NCBI RefSeq assembly: GCF_036321535.1
Contig: NC_087436.1
Span: 96,908,001 to 96,972,000 of the forward strand
Length of the DNA: 64,000 nucleotides
Source: Camelus dromedarius
Lineage: Eukaryota
Reading direction: 5' to 3'
A program made the translations under genes and the position numbers. Below the pieces are notes generated by a model that was not told the DNA's origin, did not search any database, and saw nothing but the letters and a program-made list of their open reading frames with translations. Below are positions 50,076 to 61,486 of this stretch, one piece after another (within the stretch, counting starts at the first letter, position 1; the number at the start of each line of letters is the position of its first letter).

Positions 50076-51727
50076 TCATTTCACTTTTAATTTTAATTCC
50101 TGGTGACTATTCATGAATGTCTGCTGAATTGAATTGCAAGCACTTCAAAGTCCAGGTGAAGAGAAACTTTCTCAAAGTATTTTTTGACATAATACCACAG
50201 TGATCTCTTCCTTATAGTATTCACTAACCATCTCCCTTATACAGTATAATAGGCATGTATCCATACTGTATTGTGTGTTGCGTTTAGGTAGTATCCTCAG
50301 TGACGGTATAAACTCTAACAAGTGATTAGTGCTGCAGGTGATTATCATTCATCCTCCTGTTGTTACACATTGTGCTTTTCACACAGAATTTAAATATTTT
50401 TGACAAAGTTGGTTTGGTTGTAGGGACAGACATCATGATTTTAAATATGGCAAGGTCACCCACCTATATGTTTCAAATACAGGATATTTACCCATTGAAA
50501 CAACATATTAAAGGCCAAATGCATCCCAAAATCTCAGGAGAAAGCTACAGCCTGTTTAAAAGTTAGGTAACCTATTTTTCTCCTGAAGTAATAAATTTGT
50601 GTCTCCACCAAGTATTATCTTCATGGTTTCTATAACAAGGTTTCAACCTGAACTCCTTGTTGAAGAATTGTCACCTAGGAAACAAATTTTAAATTATTTG
50701 CAAATGGAAAATCTCCCTGGAAGAACCTACAATTTTCAATTTCATACATCAGCAAATAAATAATTTTAAAAGATTATTCTTTCACTGACCTGGAGAAATT
50801 TAATCAGATGAAGAGATACTTAAGTTTTTCATTTTTTTCCTGAAAAATGCTCACAGAAAACACTAATCAAAGTTTTATTTTTATTAACTCATTTTCTACA
50901 AGATTTTCGCTTTACCTATGTTACTCCCAGTATTATATGAAGATAGAATTTCTTCAGCCTGATGTAAAAAATAGCAACACTGTAGGAATGCGACTATATT
51001 ATTGTGTTCCTTGATGTACAACGACTATTGCTTCTTTAAGGAAAGAAATTAGTAAAAGTCAAACAAAGTGTGAGAATACAATTCTCACCAAAATTGAGCA
51101 GCATAATCCTAAGAAAAGTAAGGGAGGAAAGTTAGAAAAAAAGTGTCTAGATTGTGTGCCACTTAGAAAATATATATTATAAATTAATGTATATTAATGT
51201 GTGCATACACTATATAGAATTCTAATTACATAGAATTATACAATTTACATAGAATCAAGTCTTACTATTGTTAGTTTATGCAAGGTGATAGCATTTTCCT
51301 TAATAATTTTGGCAACCAGCATTTTCCTCCCCTTAATAGACTGACTAGATTAAACCATTGATTACTTAGCAATTTTTAAAGCATTAAATATCAACCATAT
51401 TAAAAGCAGTAGCAGTTAACAGTGCCAACATCATCCTTTTTCTTTTTTACTTTTTTTCCCTATGAATGTCTCTGGGTTTGGTTCAGCTTGTCATTCTGCC
51501 CACTCCAGACACAAATAAACTGACTTAGACTGCGCTATCCAGAGGTAATCCTTAACAGGAAGGTGCTTAGCAGAAGATGACTGAAATCACACTATCGAGT
51601 AAACCATGCTCAATTTAGGAAACTATTAACTTTAGTATGAATCTATTTTACACAGACTAGAAAATAATATACAAATTGAATTAGAGAACATTAACAATCT
51701 TTCTTCACTAAGAACCACACTGTTTAC

Positions 51728-52046
51728 CCATCGCCATGAGGAGTTGGGCAATTGTTTCTACTCTGGGTCTACGCACTTCATCAGCCGTCCCTTGTGTCTG
51801 TGTTGTTCTCGGCTCTCCTTCGGGTCTGGTGATGATCCTTGCATCTGACTTGTACAGCTTGGTCCATTCCAAATTCCTGCATTTGAAAAGCTCAGGAATT
51901 AAAGGGCAGATTTTCACAATCCGTGTCTGGCTACCTCTGTTCCTATTTGCTGCTTGTACAGTCTGTGTAGGGGCTGGAAGTACGGATCTCCTGTCATTTC
52001 TTCCAAGCCCTGGGTCCCTCTCTGGGAAGACGTGGCTCTGGAACAC
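51728..52046 (-). CDS. Candidate coding exon of an unidentified minus-strand gene; 5' boundary either 52046 or 51876
   Basis: Open frame ...TRIVKICPLIPELFKCRNLEWTKLYKSDARIITRPEGEPRTTQTQGTADEVRRPRVETIAQLLMAM with phase-1 donor ATGG|GTAAAC. Possible acceptors are cttttcaaatgcAG|G (51876) or gtAG|GTG (52046). Locally GC- and CpG-rich and non-repetitive. Confidence 0.45.
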
Positions 52047-52154
52047 CTACTTCACTAAAGTGATGGATGGTTTAAGACTTCTTATACCTTGGAAGGGGAG
52101 AACATTGTTGAGTGCATCTCTACCACTTCTTTTCTGTGATCCCGTCTGAATTTA

Positions 52155-52460
52155 ACTCAATCACTCACTCAGCAGATATTTATTGAGCACTTACTTTATG
52201 TCAGACACTGCATCAGCGGCTGAAAATATAACATTCAATCAGAGAGAAATCTGTATCTTTCTGCCCACTTCAGACAGATAACTGGCTGCCCTTCATGTCT
52301 TCATGGAGCTTAACTTCTAGTGGTGAAGGTAGACAGTAACAATTAAATAAGTGAAATATGGAGTATATTAGAGAATGGTGGATACTGTGGGGGAGAAAAA
52401 GCAGACAGAAAAAGTTGCTAGGTCAGGCCAAGGTGGAGAGTGTTGTGAATGTTAACAGAG
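52155..52460 (-). mobile_element. L2 3' end relic
   Basis: CACTCACTCAGCAGATATTTATTGAGCACTTACTTTATGTCAGACACTG...CTTCATGGAGCTTAACTTCTAGTGG. Confidence 0.75.
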
Positions 52461-52699
52461 CAGTGAGGGCAGCACCCCAAGCTTGCTGAGCAGGCAAGGC
52501 ACGTTTTTTGTTTTATGTTGCTCTGGGTTTTTTCTCCCTGTGCTTCATGCTACATTACCTGCTCTTATGTATGAAGCAATAAACAGTGTGTTCCTCCCTG
52601 ACCTGAGGAACAACAGGAAAAAAAAAAGGCTCTTGAGTCCTTTTCTATCCTAGTAGCAACTGAACTGCAGAAAGAGTATGTTTCCCACAGTGAAATGTC

Positions 52700-52860
52700 A
52701 CTCAAGTTGAATCCGAAGAGCACGTGCATCAGAATCATCTTAGATGTTTGCTCAAACTTCAGACTTACCAGCTGCATTCCAGATCACAGATCAGGATCTC
52801 TGGGAGTGAGCCCATGATGCCCATACTCAGGCACCTGACCAGGTGATTCTTATGGGTGCT
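52700..52860. mobile_element. MER5-like hAT-Charlie MITE relic
   Basis: GCATCAGAATCATCT...TCAGGATCTCTGGGAGTGAGCCC...CCAGGTGATTCTTATG. Confidence 0.65.
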
Positions 52861-54715
52861 ATTTAAGGTTAGGTAAATGCCTTAATAAGAACCTTAGATC
52901 CCGGCAAGAAGGGCCCTACTCTGACCCTGCTGGGTAAGTCAGGCTGGGCTTTCTAGGAAACAATCTGAGACAAAACTTAATGCAGGAGGTTTATTGGTGG
53001 TCAAGGGGCACCTTATGAGAATATATTTTATTTAACAGTTTGTTAGTTTGATAACTTTTTATTATTTAGACATATTGATGTATTTACTCTCCATTTGTAC
53101 TTTTGTCCCAGGCCCTGAAAATATAATTTGCAGGCTTGAAAAAAAAAAGTAGATTTCTCTGGTGGGAGGAAAGTAAAATATTCTTTTATTCACACTATTA
53201 CTGATCAACATGGTACAACACTGTAGTGATGGGGTACACTAGAGGAGGATTAAATGGAGATAGTGTCATCCTCTAGCTCTTTCTTACTAAAAGCAAAAAA
53301 AAGTTCATCTATTAAGTATTAATTATGCTGGTTTCATTTACATTATGGGCCCCAATGCCTGGAAGGTTGGAGGACTGTGAGGATCCTATTAATGCACATT
53401 TCCACGTGCTTCCTAAAGAATTGTCTACAGAAGCTCTCTTAGTATTTGGGCATAGGTTAACATTCTGGGAGGCACTTTTATGCTGAAGCAAGAAGAGTAG
53501 AAACACAGAGTACATTTCCCCATCAGAGCCCAAGATTTTGAGTTGAGTAGATGCTGCTGCCTCCGAGAGGAGGCTGCCCTGAAGTGTGATGACCTCTTTG
53601 TATCTTCCTAAATGATAAGTTTTTGAGGTTTGTTGGATTAATTTTTTTGTTTCTTTATTTAAACATTGGCTTTTAGGATAAAGCTGCTTATTTTAGGAGA
53701 CTTAGAAGCAGAACATCAATGAAATATGGGAAATTATAGAAAGAAAATTTAAATTCCCTAAGGTCCCATTACCCAGCCTATCCACAGTTAATGTTTGAGT
53801 GACTGTTCTTACAGACAAACCTACAAATGTAGAAATATAGAAATACACACATTCTTTTACAAAAAATATACTATGTATGTTTTTGCAATCTTTTCATACC
53901 CAAAAATATGCTTTCAGTATCTTTTCATGTAAACACATATAAACATACTCTATTCTTTTTTACTTGCCACATAGCATTTCATTATATACATATAGCTTTT
54001 ACTGATTGTTTTCCAGATGCTCTAGAAAATATATTTTTCTAGTCTCAAGTAGGATTTGCATTAATTCTAGTTAACTACAGTTTACTACATAGTTAATTAC
54101 ATAGAGGCAAATAATACAGCTGAAAACTTGGTTTTGAAAGTGTTACAATTGGTAAGATGCCAAATATTATTATTCTTTAACTTTATTACTTGTATATGTT
54201 TAAATATGACAACTCCATTTTATTTACTGATTGGTACTTTCTGTATTTACTTTTATGGTCACTTTACTGACTTAAAAATGTTAATATAAAACATTTTTGT
54301 AGTGCCAAACTGACTTCTGGGCATAAATCTTTGGCCAAAAGGAATTCTTGCTAACCTATCCCATTGAATCTAAAATGAAGAAAGCTCTTAGACTGAACAA
54401 ATTGAGTAATTTTCTGGTGGGCTGATATTCATGCTTTATGTTTACAACAAAAAAGAGAACAGTTCTCATAATCAAAGTTTTTGCAAATTATTGCCCTGTC
54501 AGCTTTGAGTCAAGGAAGTAACTCATTATTTGTATTATTTTTTTAGAAAAAAAGCAAGCTGGAGTATGTTAGTAAACTACAGCAACATGGTTGAGTTTTA
54601 AATTACTTTGACTCATGTTACTTTTGCAACTCATTTTATTCTCATTATTAAAATTCAACTGAAAAATAGTTGGATCTTTGGCATGAGGTTGCATTAATCA
54701 AAAGTTTCTAAAGTA

Positions 54716-56482
54716 AATGAGCAAATGATCCTAAAATTTATATGGAACCACGAAAGACCCTAAATAGCCAAAGCAATCCTGAGAAAAAAAGAACAAATTT
54801 GGAGGTATCACAGTTCCTGACTTCAGACTATACAACAAAGCTACAGTAATTGAAACAGTATGATACTGTCACAAAACAGACACAATAGGTCGATGGAACT
54901 GAATAGAGAGCCCCAGAAATAAATGCATGCACTTATGGTCAATTAATCTATGAAAAAGGTGGCAAAAATATATAATGGGGGATAAGATGGTCTCCTCAAT
55001 AAGTGATGTTGGAAAATTGGACAGTTACATATAAAAGAATCAAATTAGGTTATTTCCTCATACCATTTAAAAAAATAAACTCAAAATGAATTAAAGACTT
55101 GAAACCATAAAACTCCTAGAAGAGAACATAGGCAGAATACTCTTTGACATAGATTGTAGCAATAATTTTTTTTGGATCTGTCTTCTAAGGCAAAGGAAAC
55201 AAAAGCAAAAATAAGCTAATAGAACCAAATTAAACTTAAAAAGCATTTGTACAGCAAAGGAAACTATCAACAAAACAAAAAGACAACCTATTGAAGGGGA
55301 GAAAATATTTGCTATAATATGACCAATAAAGGATTAATATCCAAAATATATAAACTGCTTATACAACTCAATGTCTAAAAAACAAACAAACCAATTTAAA
55401 AATGGGCAGGAGACCTGAATAGACATTTTTCCAAAGAAGACACAGAAGCACATGAAAGGATGCTCAACATCACTAATCATCAGGGAAATGCAAATCAAAA
55501 CAACAGTTAGATATCATCTCATATCTGTAGGAATGGCTATCATCAAAAAGAACACATGAATAAATGTATATATTTGTATGACCGAAACATTATTCTGCAC
55601 ACCAGAATTTGACCAACATTGTAAACTGACTATGCTTCAACTAAAAACATACATGAAAACTCTGAAATTTAAAAAACAAGAACATAAATAACAAATGTTG
55701 GCAAGGAGTGGAGAAAAGGGGATCCTTGCACACTCTTGTTGGGAATGTAAATTGGCACAGCCATTGTGGAGAACAGTATGGACATTTCTCAAAAAACTAA
55801 AGTTAGACCCAGCAATTCCACTCCTGGGTATATATCCAGAAAGAAACAAAAACACAAATTCTAAAAGATACATACATCCCAACGTTCAGAGCAACATTAT
55901 TTACAATCGCCAAGGTATTTCAGAGCAACGTTATTTACAATCACCAAGGTATGGAAGCAACCTAAATGTCCATCGACAGATCATGGATAAAGAAGATTTG
56001 ATATACATATACAATGGAATATTACTCAGCTATAAAAAGAATGGAAATTTGCTATTTGCAGCAACTTGGGAGGACCTGGAGGGTGTTATGCTTAGTGAAA
56101 TAAATCAGAGAGAGAAAGGCAAATGCTGTATGTTTTCACTTAAATGTAGAATCTAAAAAACAAATCAAATGAATAAATATAACAAAACATAAACAGAATT
56201 ACAGATACAGAGAACAAACTAGTGGTTACCAGTGAGGAGAGGTATAGGGGGAGCATCAGGATAGGGGGAGGGGATTAAGAGGCTATGTATAAAATAATTA
56301 AGACAAAAACTACTGTGTATAAAATAAATAAGATACAAAGATATAATAATGCACAGCATAGGGGAAATAGCCAGTATTTTATAACAACTTTAAATGGAGT
56401 ATAAGCTATTAAAATAGTGAATCACTATATTGTACACCTGAAACTAATATAATACTGTAAATCAACTCTACTTTGATAGAAT
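54716..56482 (+). mobile_element. 5'-truncated L1 (ORF2 C-terminal part and 3'UTR), same family as 8689-11410
   Basis: ORF2 remnant [21 protein letters not shown]...[11 protein letters not shown]. The 3'UTR closely resembles 11140-11400. Degenerate TSD AAAGTTTCTAAAGTA and AAAGTTCTTAAGTA. Confidence 0.92.
55557..55674 (+). mobile_element. Very short L1 3' terminus nested in the older L1
   Basis: TGTATGACCGAAACATTATTCTGCACACCAGAATTTGACCAACATTGTAAACTGACTATGCTTCAA is an L1 3' terminus. TSD AAAAAGAACACA/AACAAGAACATA. Confidence 0.75.
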
Positions 56483-58114
56483 AAAGTTCTTAAGTATAAC
56501 TGCATAGTTATATAGCTTTAAATGCCACTTGTAAGTTATTTTAGCCCGTTCACTTATTTCTAATGGAAGGATATATGAATGAAACCTCACTTCTCAGATA
56601 ACATACAACCCCAGATTCTCTACTACTGATTGGCATACCTGCATTGTTTTCTGTGAGAGAAGCAACTCATGAGCTCTCTAGCCAGACAGAAAGAACAGAA
56701 TATGTCTTCTGGCGCATTTACCTTACTTATGATCCTAGTTCAGGGTCCACTTTGAGAAACTTTCTGCAGTGTTTAGAAATAGTCTTGTAGCTAATTCCCT
56801 GTAGTGACAGGGTGCTCTTTGAATAGCATAGAGTCTATAAGTCACTACACTTCCTGTTCGCTCCCCTTGCCTTCCAATCCATGCCCAAATGATGTGAAAT
56901 CTTCTTCAGCTCTGCATCCATGCGGATGGAGCTCTGACATTTAGCCTAACAGTTAACAACTGCTTTGACTCTCACTCCTGCTCTGCTCCATTCCCTGGCT
57001 GTAAAAATGGATAAAGCACCTGGCTTCACAGCTGTGACATCTGTCTGACCTGGTACATCACCACCTGCCATCTGTGTCTACCTCCTGGCCATGCCTTTTG
57101 AATGCACTGGATGCCCACACTCTGCTGTACACTGTCACTTTCCTGTCTCACCATGTCAAATGTGAACCTGAACTCCACTTGAGTTTCCCTCACCCCCTGC
57201 CCATTGTTGGACTGTTTATTCAACTGAAGCAAGAGTAGCAACGGTCCTTTCTACAATTTTTGCTTCTGCTGAGTCTGTATTGGCAAATGTTACTAAAGTT
57301 CAAAATCCTTATACCTGTACCCACTCATGTTATGAACAAAATCTAAGCAATAATAAGCATAATGGATAAGATATAGTAGCTTATTAAATTCATTAATTAT
57401 CTAGCTGAGAACAGGGCCCTGAAATAAAAGAAATCATGTGTTTGCTTTGCTTTTTTAGGAGGAGGAACAGTTTCATGAGAATCTACCCAGAATGGGAAAA
57501 TACAATGACTTAGCAAAATTGGGTGCTTGGGCAATCTGGAGGTGGTAAGAAGTTGGGGGTTTGGAAAAGAACAAATGGAAATCTGTGCTAATGAATAAAA
57601 AGAGTTAATACAGTGGACAATCCTTGGGCTCTTTGCCAATGTTTCCTGGAACTCTGGTCAAAGTTCTGAATAAATCTGCTTAAAAATCCCGGTAAGAAAT
57701 CTTCCTCTCTCTGTAATGGGGTGACTATTGATCCACTTTGAGAAAACTGGAATTTTACTCCATAGAGAAGGTAAAACAAAGATACTCTGAACTGACAGAT
57801 ACCAGTCACTGATGCAAGCAGGGTTCCTATGCTGAAAGAAAGTAGACAGAAGAACAATTGTATACAGAATCCTGACACTGTCAGATGTCTTGCCCCACAG
57901 TTTCCCAGAATTCTGCCAGCCTATCTCTCCCAAGACCCTAAAGGTCTTTCTCTTAGGACTCTTACCAACCAAAGGGGAAAAGCTATTCCTGTGTGTAGAT
58001 TCGTGATGCATGGCTATCTTTGGATCATATAGTGCTTCTCTCCTTTATACTTTCCTGTATTCTTGCAATCTTATATAAGAAGCATATATTTATTCATGTG
58101 TAATCATAAAAATT

Positions 58115-58335
58115 AACATTCATTGAATAAATACTTGAGTGGGCACTATGCTAAACAACTTAAATCCATTCTCTGTTTTAATTTTCACAGTAATCTTACA
58201 AATTAGGTACTATGTAATTTTCATTTAATAATTAAGGAAACCATCTTAGAGGGTTAAATGAATTTTTCAACATCCAGTAATGAATAAGCGACAGTTAGAT
58301 TTGAACCCAGTCTGTCTGGCTCCAAGCCTGTGTTT
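58115..58335 (-). mobile_element. MIR SINE relic
   Basis: GGAAACC...AGAGGGTTAAATGAATTT...GATTTGAACCCAGTCTGTCTGGCTCCAAG. Confidence 0.8.
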
Positions 58336-58922
58336 CTACTCATATCCTAAAATGCCTCAAGTAATTTTAAAACTTATTTTTGAGAAAGGAGTTTCTAAGT
58401 CCTTCAAATTGTTCATTCTCGTTATTCTCATACCTCACCCTCATAAGCTTCAAATTATATTCCAGAATCATTTCTTTTGTCTCCAGTTTCTGTTCTCATA
58501 ATTTGTTTTTGTTATGTGTTTATTGATGTTCCAATACATCCTTTGAACCTGACACTTGATATTTGACTCTGCATTAATTGATACAAATGGGGTAAAGTAT
58601 CTTGTTAGAATGTGGCGAGGGTGGTCAGAGAAGAGAGAGCTCAGAAGGAGGTTACAGGTGATTGTGTCTCCCTCTACGCCTGATGCAACTATAAAAGCAC
58701 ATATATATTCAGTTCATACCATGAAATCCTATAGACCAATTAATTATCATATTTCAAGTAATATTTGAATAATTTTACATAATTCTCATAAGATAATGTT
58801 ACTATAATTGCAGGATCCAGAAGTGTATGTTTCCAATTTATAAATAACAGTATATATGTGGTGAATGAATATATGTGTGTTATGACTAAGCTAAATTAAC
58901 ATTTGTTAAGTAGAGTACAGGA

Positions 58923-59411
58923 TGCCAGGAGTTAGCTACAGTTCAACAACAGACCACAAGAGAAATTAAAATTGAGAAGATTATTCACCACAGGTCCTGG
59001 ATGAAGTGCAGCATATGCTTCGAGGAGCCACATGGGAAAGTCAAGGCTGAGTGCAGACAGAGAGAAAGGCAGGACTTGAGACACAAGCCTTTATTAGGGT
59101 CCATGGGGAGAGTGCTTTGGGGTTCCCAGGCTGGGCTGGATTGATCAATTCAAACCAAAAGAGCAGGGTGCTGGTAAACACTGCTGGGGTCTCATGTAAG
59201 GGACATAAAAAGGGAAGGCAGTGGGAGGCAGGGGAGACCACTAATCACAAGGGCTGCTGGGAAAGTCACATCAGGAACTTCCATTCACTTGTGAGTCTGC
59301 AGGCTGCAGTCTAGAGCACGTGCTTACATATGATCCCTGCAGGCTACTTGGCCAAACAAAATAGACGCCACTGCAGCAATTCAACGGAGAAGCTTAGCTA
59401 AACTCTGAACA
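58923..59411 (-). mobile_element. Solo LTR (probably ERVL-type), family not assigned
   Basis: TG...CA-bounded block of about 490 bp, GC-richer than its flanks, with antisense LTR motifs (GCCTTTATTAGGGTCCATGG). Confidence 0.55.
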
Positions 59412-59599
59412 GTGTGGACAAGTATTGGCATTAATGTTGTTTACAATATAATGGCCCAGTCAGATCATTTTCAAGTGAAGGCAAAAAGCAACAAACTCTA
59501 TATATTCTCAAAACTTCCAACCAGCTTTTAGTACCCTTTCTTAAGGATAAATAGACAAATAGGAGTCATTGAATATACATGGAAATTTTTATTATGACA

Positions 59600-60150
59600 G
59601 ATACGAACAGAACAAACAACCAAAAAAGGCTATTAGAAGGGAACAAACAGATACTAACCTGGGAGAGAATAATTTCTAAAAATGGGAAAAGAAGCAAAGA
59701 AACTATCATATTCTGTAAAAAATAAGAAAAGGTATTGCATTCATGAGAAAGAACAGAAGATTTAATAAAAAGAGTAGATTCAGATAACAGAAGAATCCTA
59801 GAATGTTAAAAATACAATGGTAGGAAAAAGGAAGACTCAAAAGAAAATCGAAGAACAAAGTTGAGGAAAATTGCCAGAAAATAGAACAAAACATTAAAAG
59901 ATTAAAAAAGAAGATGATGATAAAAAAAAGAAGTAGTTAGTTAGAGAACAAATCCAGAGAATCTTTCATTGGGTTATCAGAAATAAGGAACAGAAAAAAC
60001 AGAGAGCATGAAATCATCAAAAAGAGTTTCAGGAATATATCTAAGAACTGAAGAATGTGAGTTTTCAGGTGAAAGAGCCCATAAAATTTCCACAAGCGTG
60101 GAAGAAAAACGGGTAACTCAAAGTCCTTGTAACAGTAAAAAAAAAAGAGT
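59600..60150 (+). mobile_element. Ancient L1/HAL1 ORF1-like relic
   Basis: A-rich, with motifs AAAGTTGAGGAAAATTGCCAGAAAATAGAAC and TTTTCAGGTGAAAGAGCCCA. Confidence 0.5.
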
Positions 60151-60217
60151 GTTGAGACAAGATTCTTGTTTGTCTATCTTTGATAGAGAGAAGGTTTAGA
60201 TGTTTTCATATTCTTTG

Positions 60218-60760
60218 AAATACAGAAACACTAATTCAAATAGGTATTTGCATGCGTGTGTTTACAGCAGCATTATTTACAATAGCCAAGATATGAAAAG
60301 AACCTAAGTGCCTGTCAATGGATTTATATATATATATGTAAATATATATATACCACATCTTCTTGATGTATAAATACGTACAATGGAATAATACTCAGCC
60401 ATGAAAAGATGAATCTTGCTATTTGTGACAATGTGGATAGACCCAGAGGGTATTATGCTAAATGAAGTAAGTCAGATGGAGAGAAACAAGTACCGCATGA
60501 TTTCACTCATATGTGGAATATAAATGAACAAGCCAAACAAAACCAAACAGATACAGAGAACAGATTGGTGGTTACCAAGGGAAACAGGGTTGGGGGAAGG
60601 TGAAATGAGTAAAGGGGATCAACTATAGGGTGACAAATGGAAACTAAACTTGGTAACGATCACACTGTAGCGTATATAGAAGTTGAAATAAAATGTTGGA
60701 CACTTGAAAGTTATGTAATGTTATAAACCGATGTTACCTCAATAAATTTTGTTTAAAAAA
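60218..60760 (+). mobile_element. 5'-truncated L1 3' end
   Basis: GCAGCATTATTTACAATAGCCAAG...GTGGTTACCA...GTTACCTCAATAAA followed by a degenerate A-tail. Confidence 0.88.
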
Positions 60761-61000
60761 TTAATTTTTAATGGTTTTATGCAAAGCAAGGCAAACAGAA
60801 ACCAGAGAGAAACCTTAAACATCCTGAAGACACAGTACAGACATTTTTAAGACATGCATGTTCTAGAAAAATTTACCTCCCATGTACCCTTTCTTGGGAA
60901 GCTCCTACCAAAATGAAGGAGGAAATTGAGTAAGTGGAAGACAGAAGATATGGAAATGAGGGGATATATCTGAGAAGCAAAGGAAATTTCAGGATGATGG

Positions 61001-61486
61001 TGTCAACTGAAATAAATGCAAAACCTAAAAGTTGAGAGTTATGTTTTATTTGGTGGGCAATTCTGAGGACTCAGTCTAGGATGACAGCCTCTCAGATCGC
61101 TCTGGGAGACTGCTCCGAAGAGGTGGGGGAGGAGCTAGGATATATCGGAGCTTTACAACAAAGACCAGGTAGTTGGAACATTAAAAGATTACTTGTTAAC
61201 TAAAGAAAACCAGACATCTTAAGTTAAAGAATTTAGCACTTTTGTATGTATGGGAGGAACCAAACATTTGGGCTCATTGAATTCACTCCTTTGACAAGCA
61301 TCTAGCTATCTAGGGCCAAAATCCTGTCTTTTCTTATTCTGAGTTCCCTCAGGGTGCACCATTGTGAGTGGCTGCAGGGGCTGGGCTGCAGGCTTGTCTT
61401 CCCTGGGGCATGGCGGCAGCCGCTGATGACCTGATGGTGTCAGCAGTTTTGTTTACTGATATGGTTTGCAGTATTTTTCGTTCACA
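61001..61486 (-). mobile_element. ERV1-type solo LTR, relatively young
   Basis: TGTCAAC...TTCACA ends, reverse polyadenylation signal TTTATT at about 61045, several intact CpGs. Confidence 0.8.

Noticed and set aside
51736..52149. 137-aa plus-strand ORF
   Set aside because: Most simply the antisense shadow of the minus-strand candidate exon. No promoter or domain support.
55695..56156. 153-aa ORF, plus ORFs at 3591, 9854-11290 and 55091-55882
   Set aside because: These are sense or antisense remnants of frameshifted L1 ORF2 and 3'UTR, not genes.
57600..57832. Strong minus-strand acceptor (ttcttctgtctactttctttcAG) with two open frames
   Set aside because: No convincing donor, little CpG retention and no recognisable peptide. 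It cannot be excluded without RNA data.
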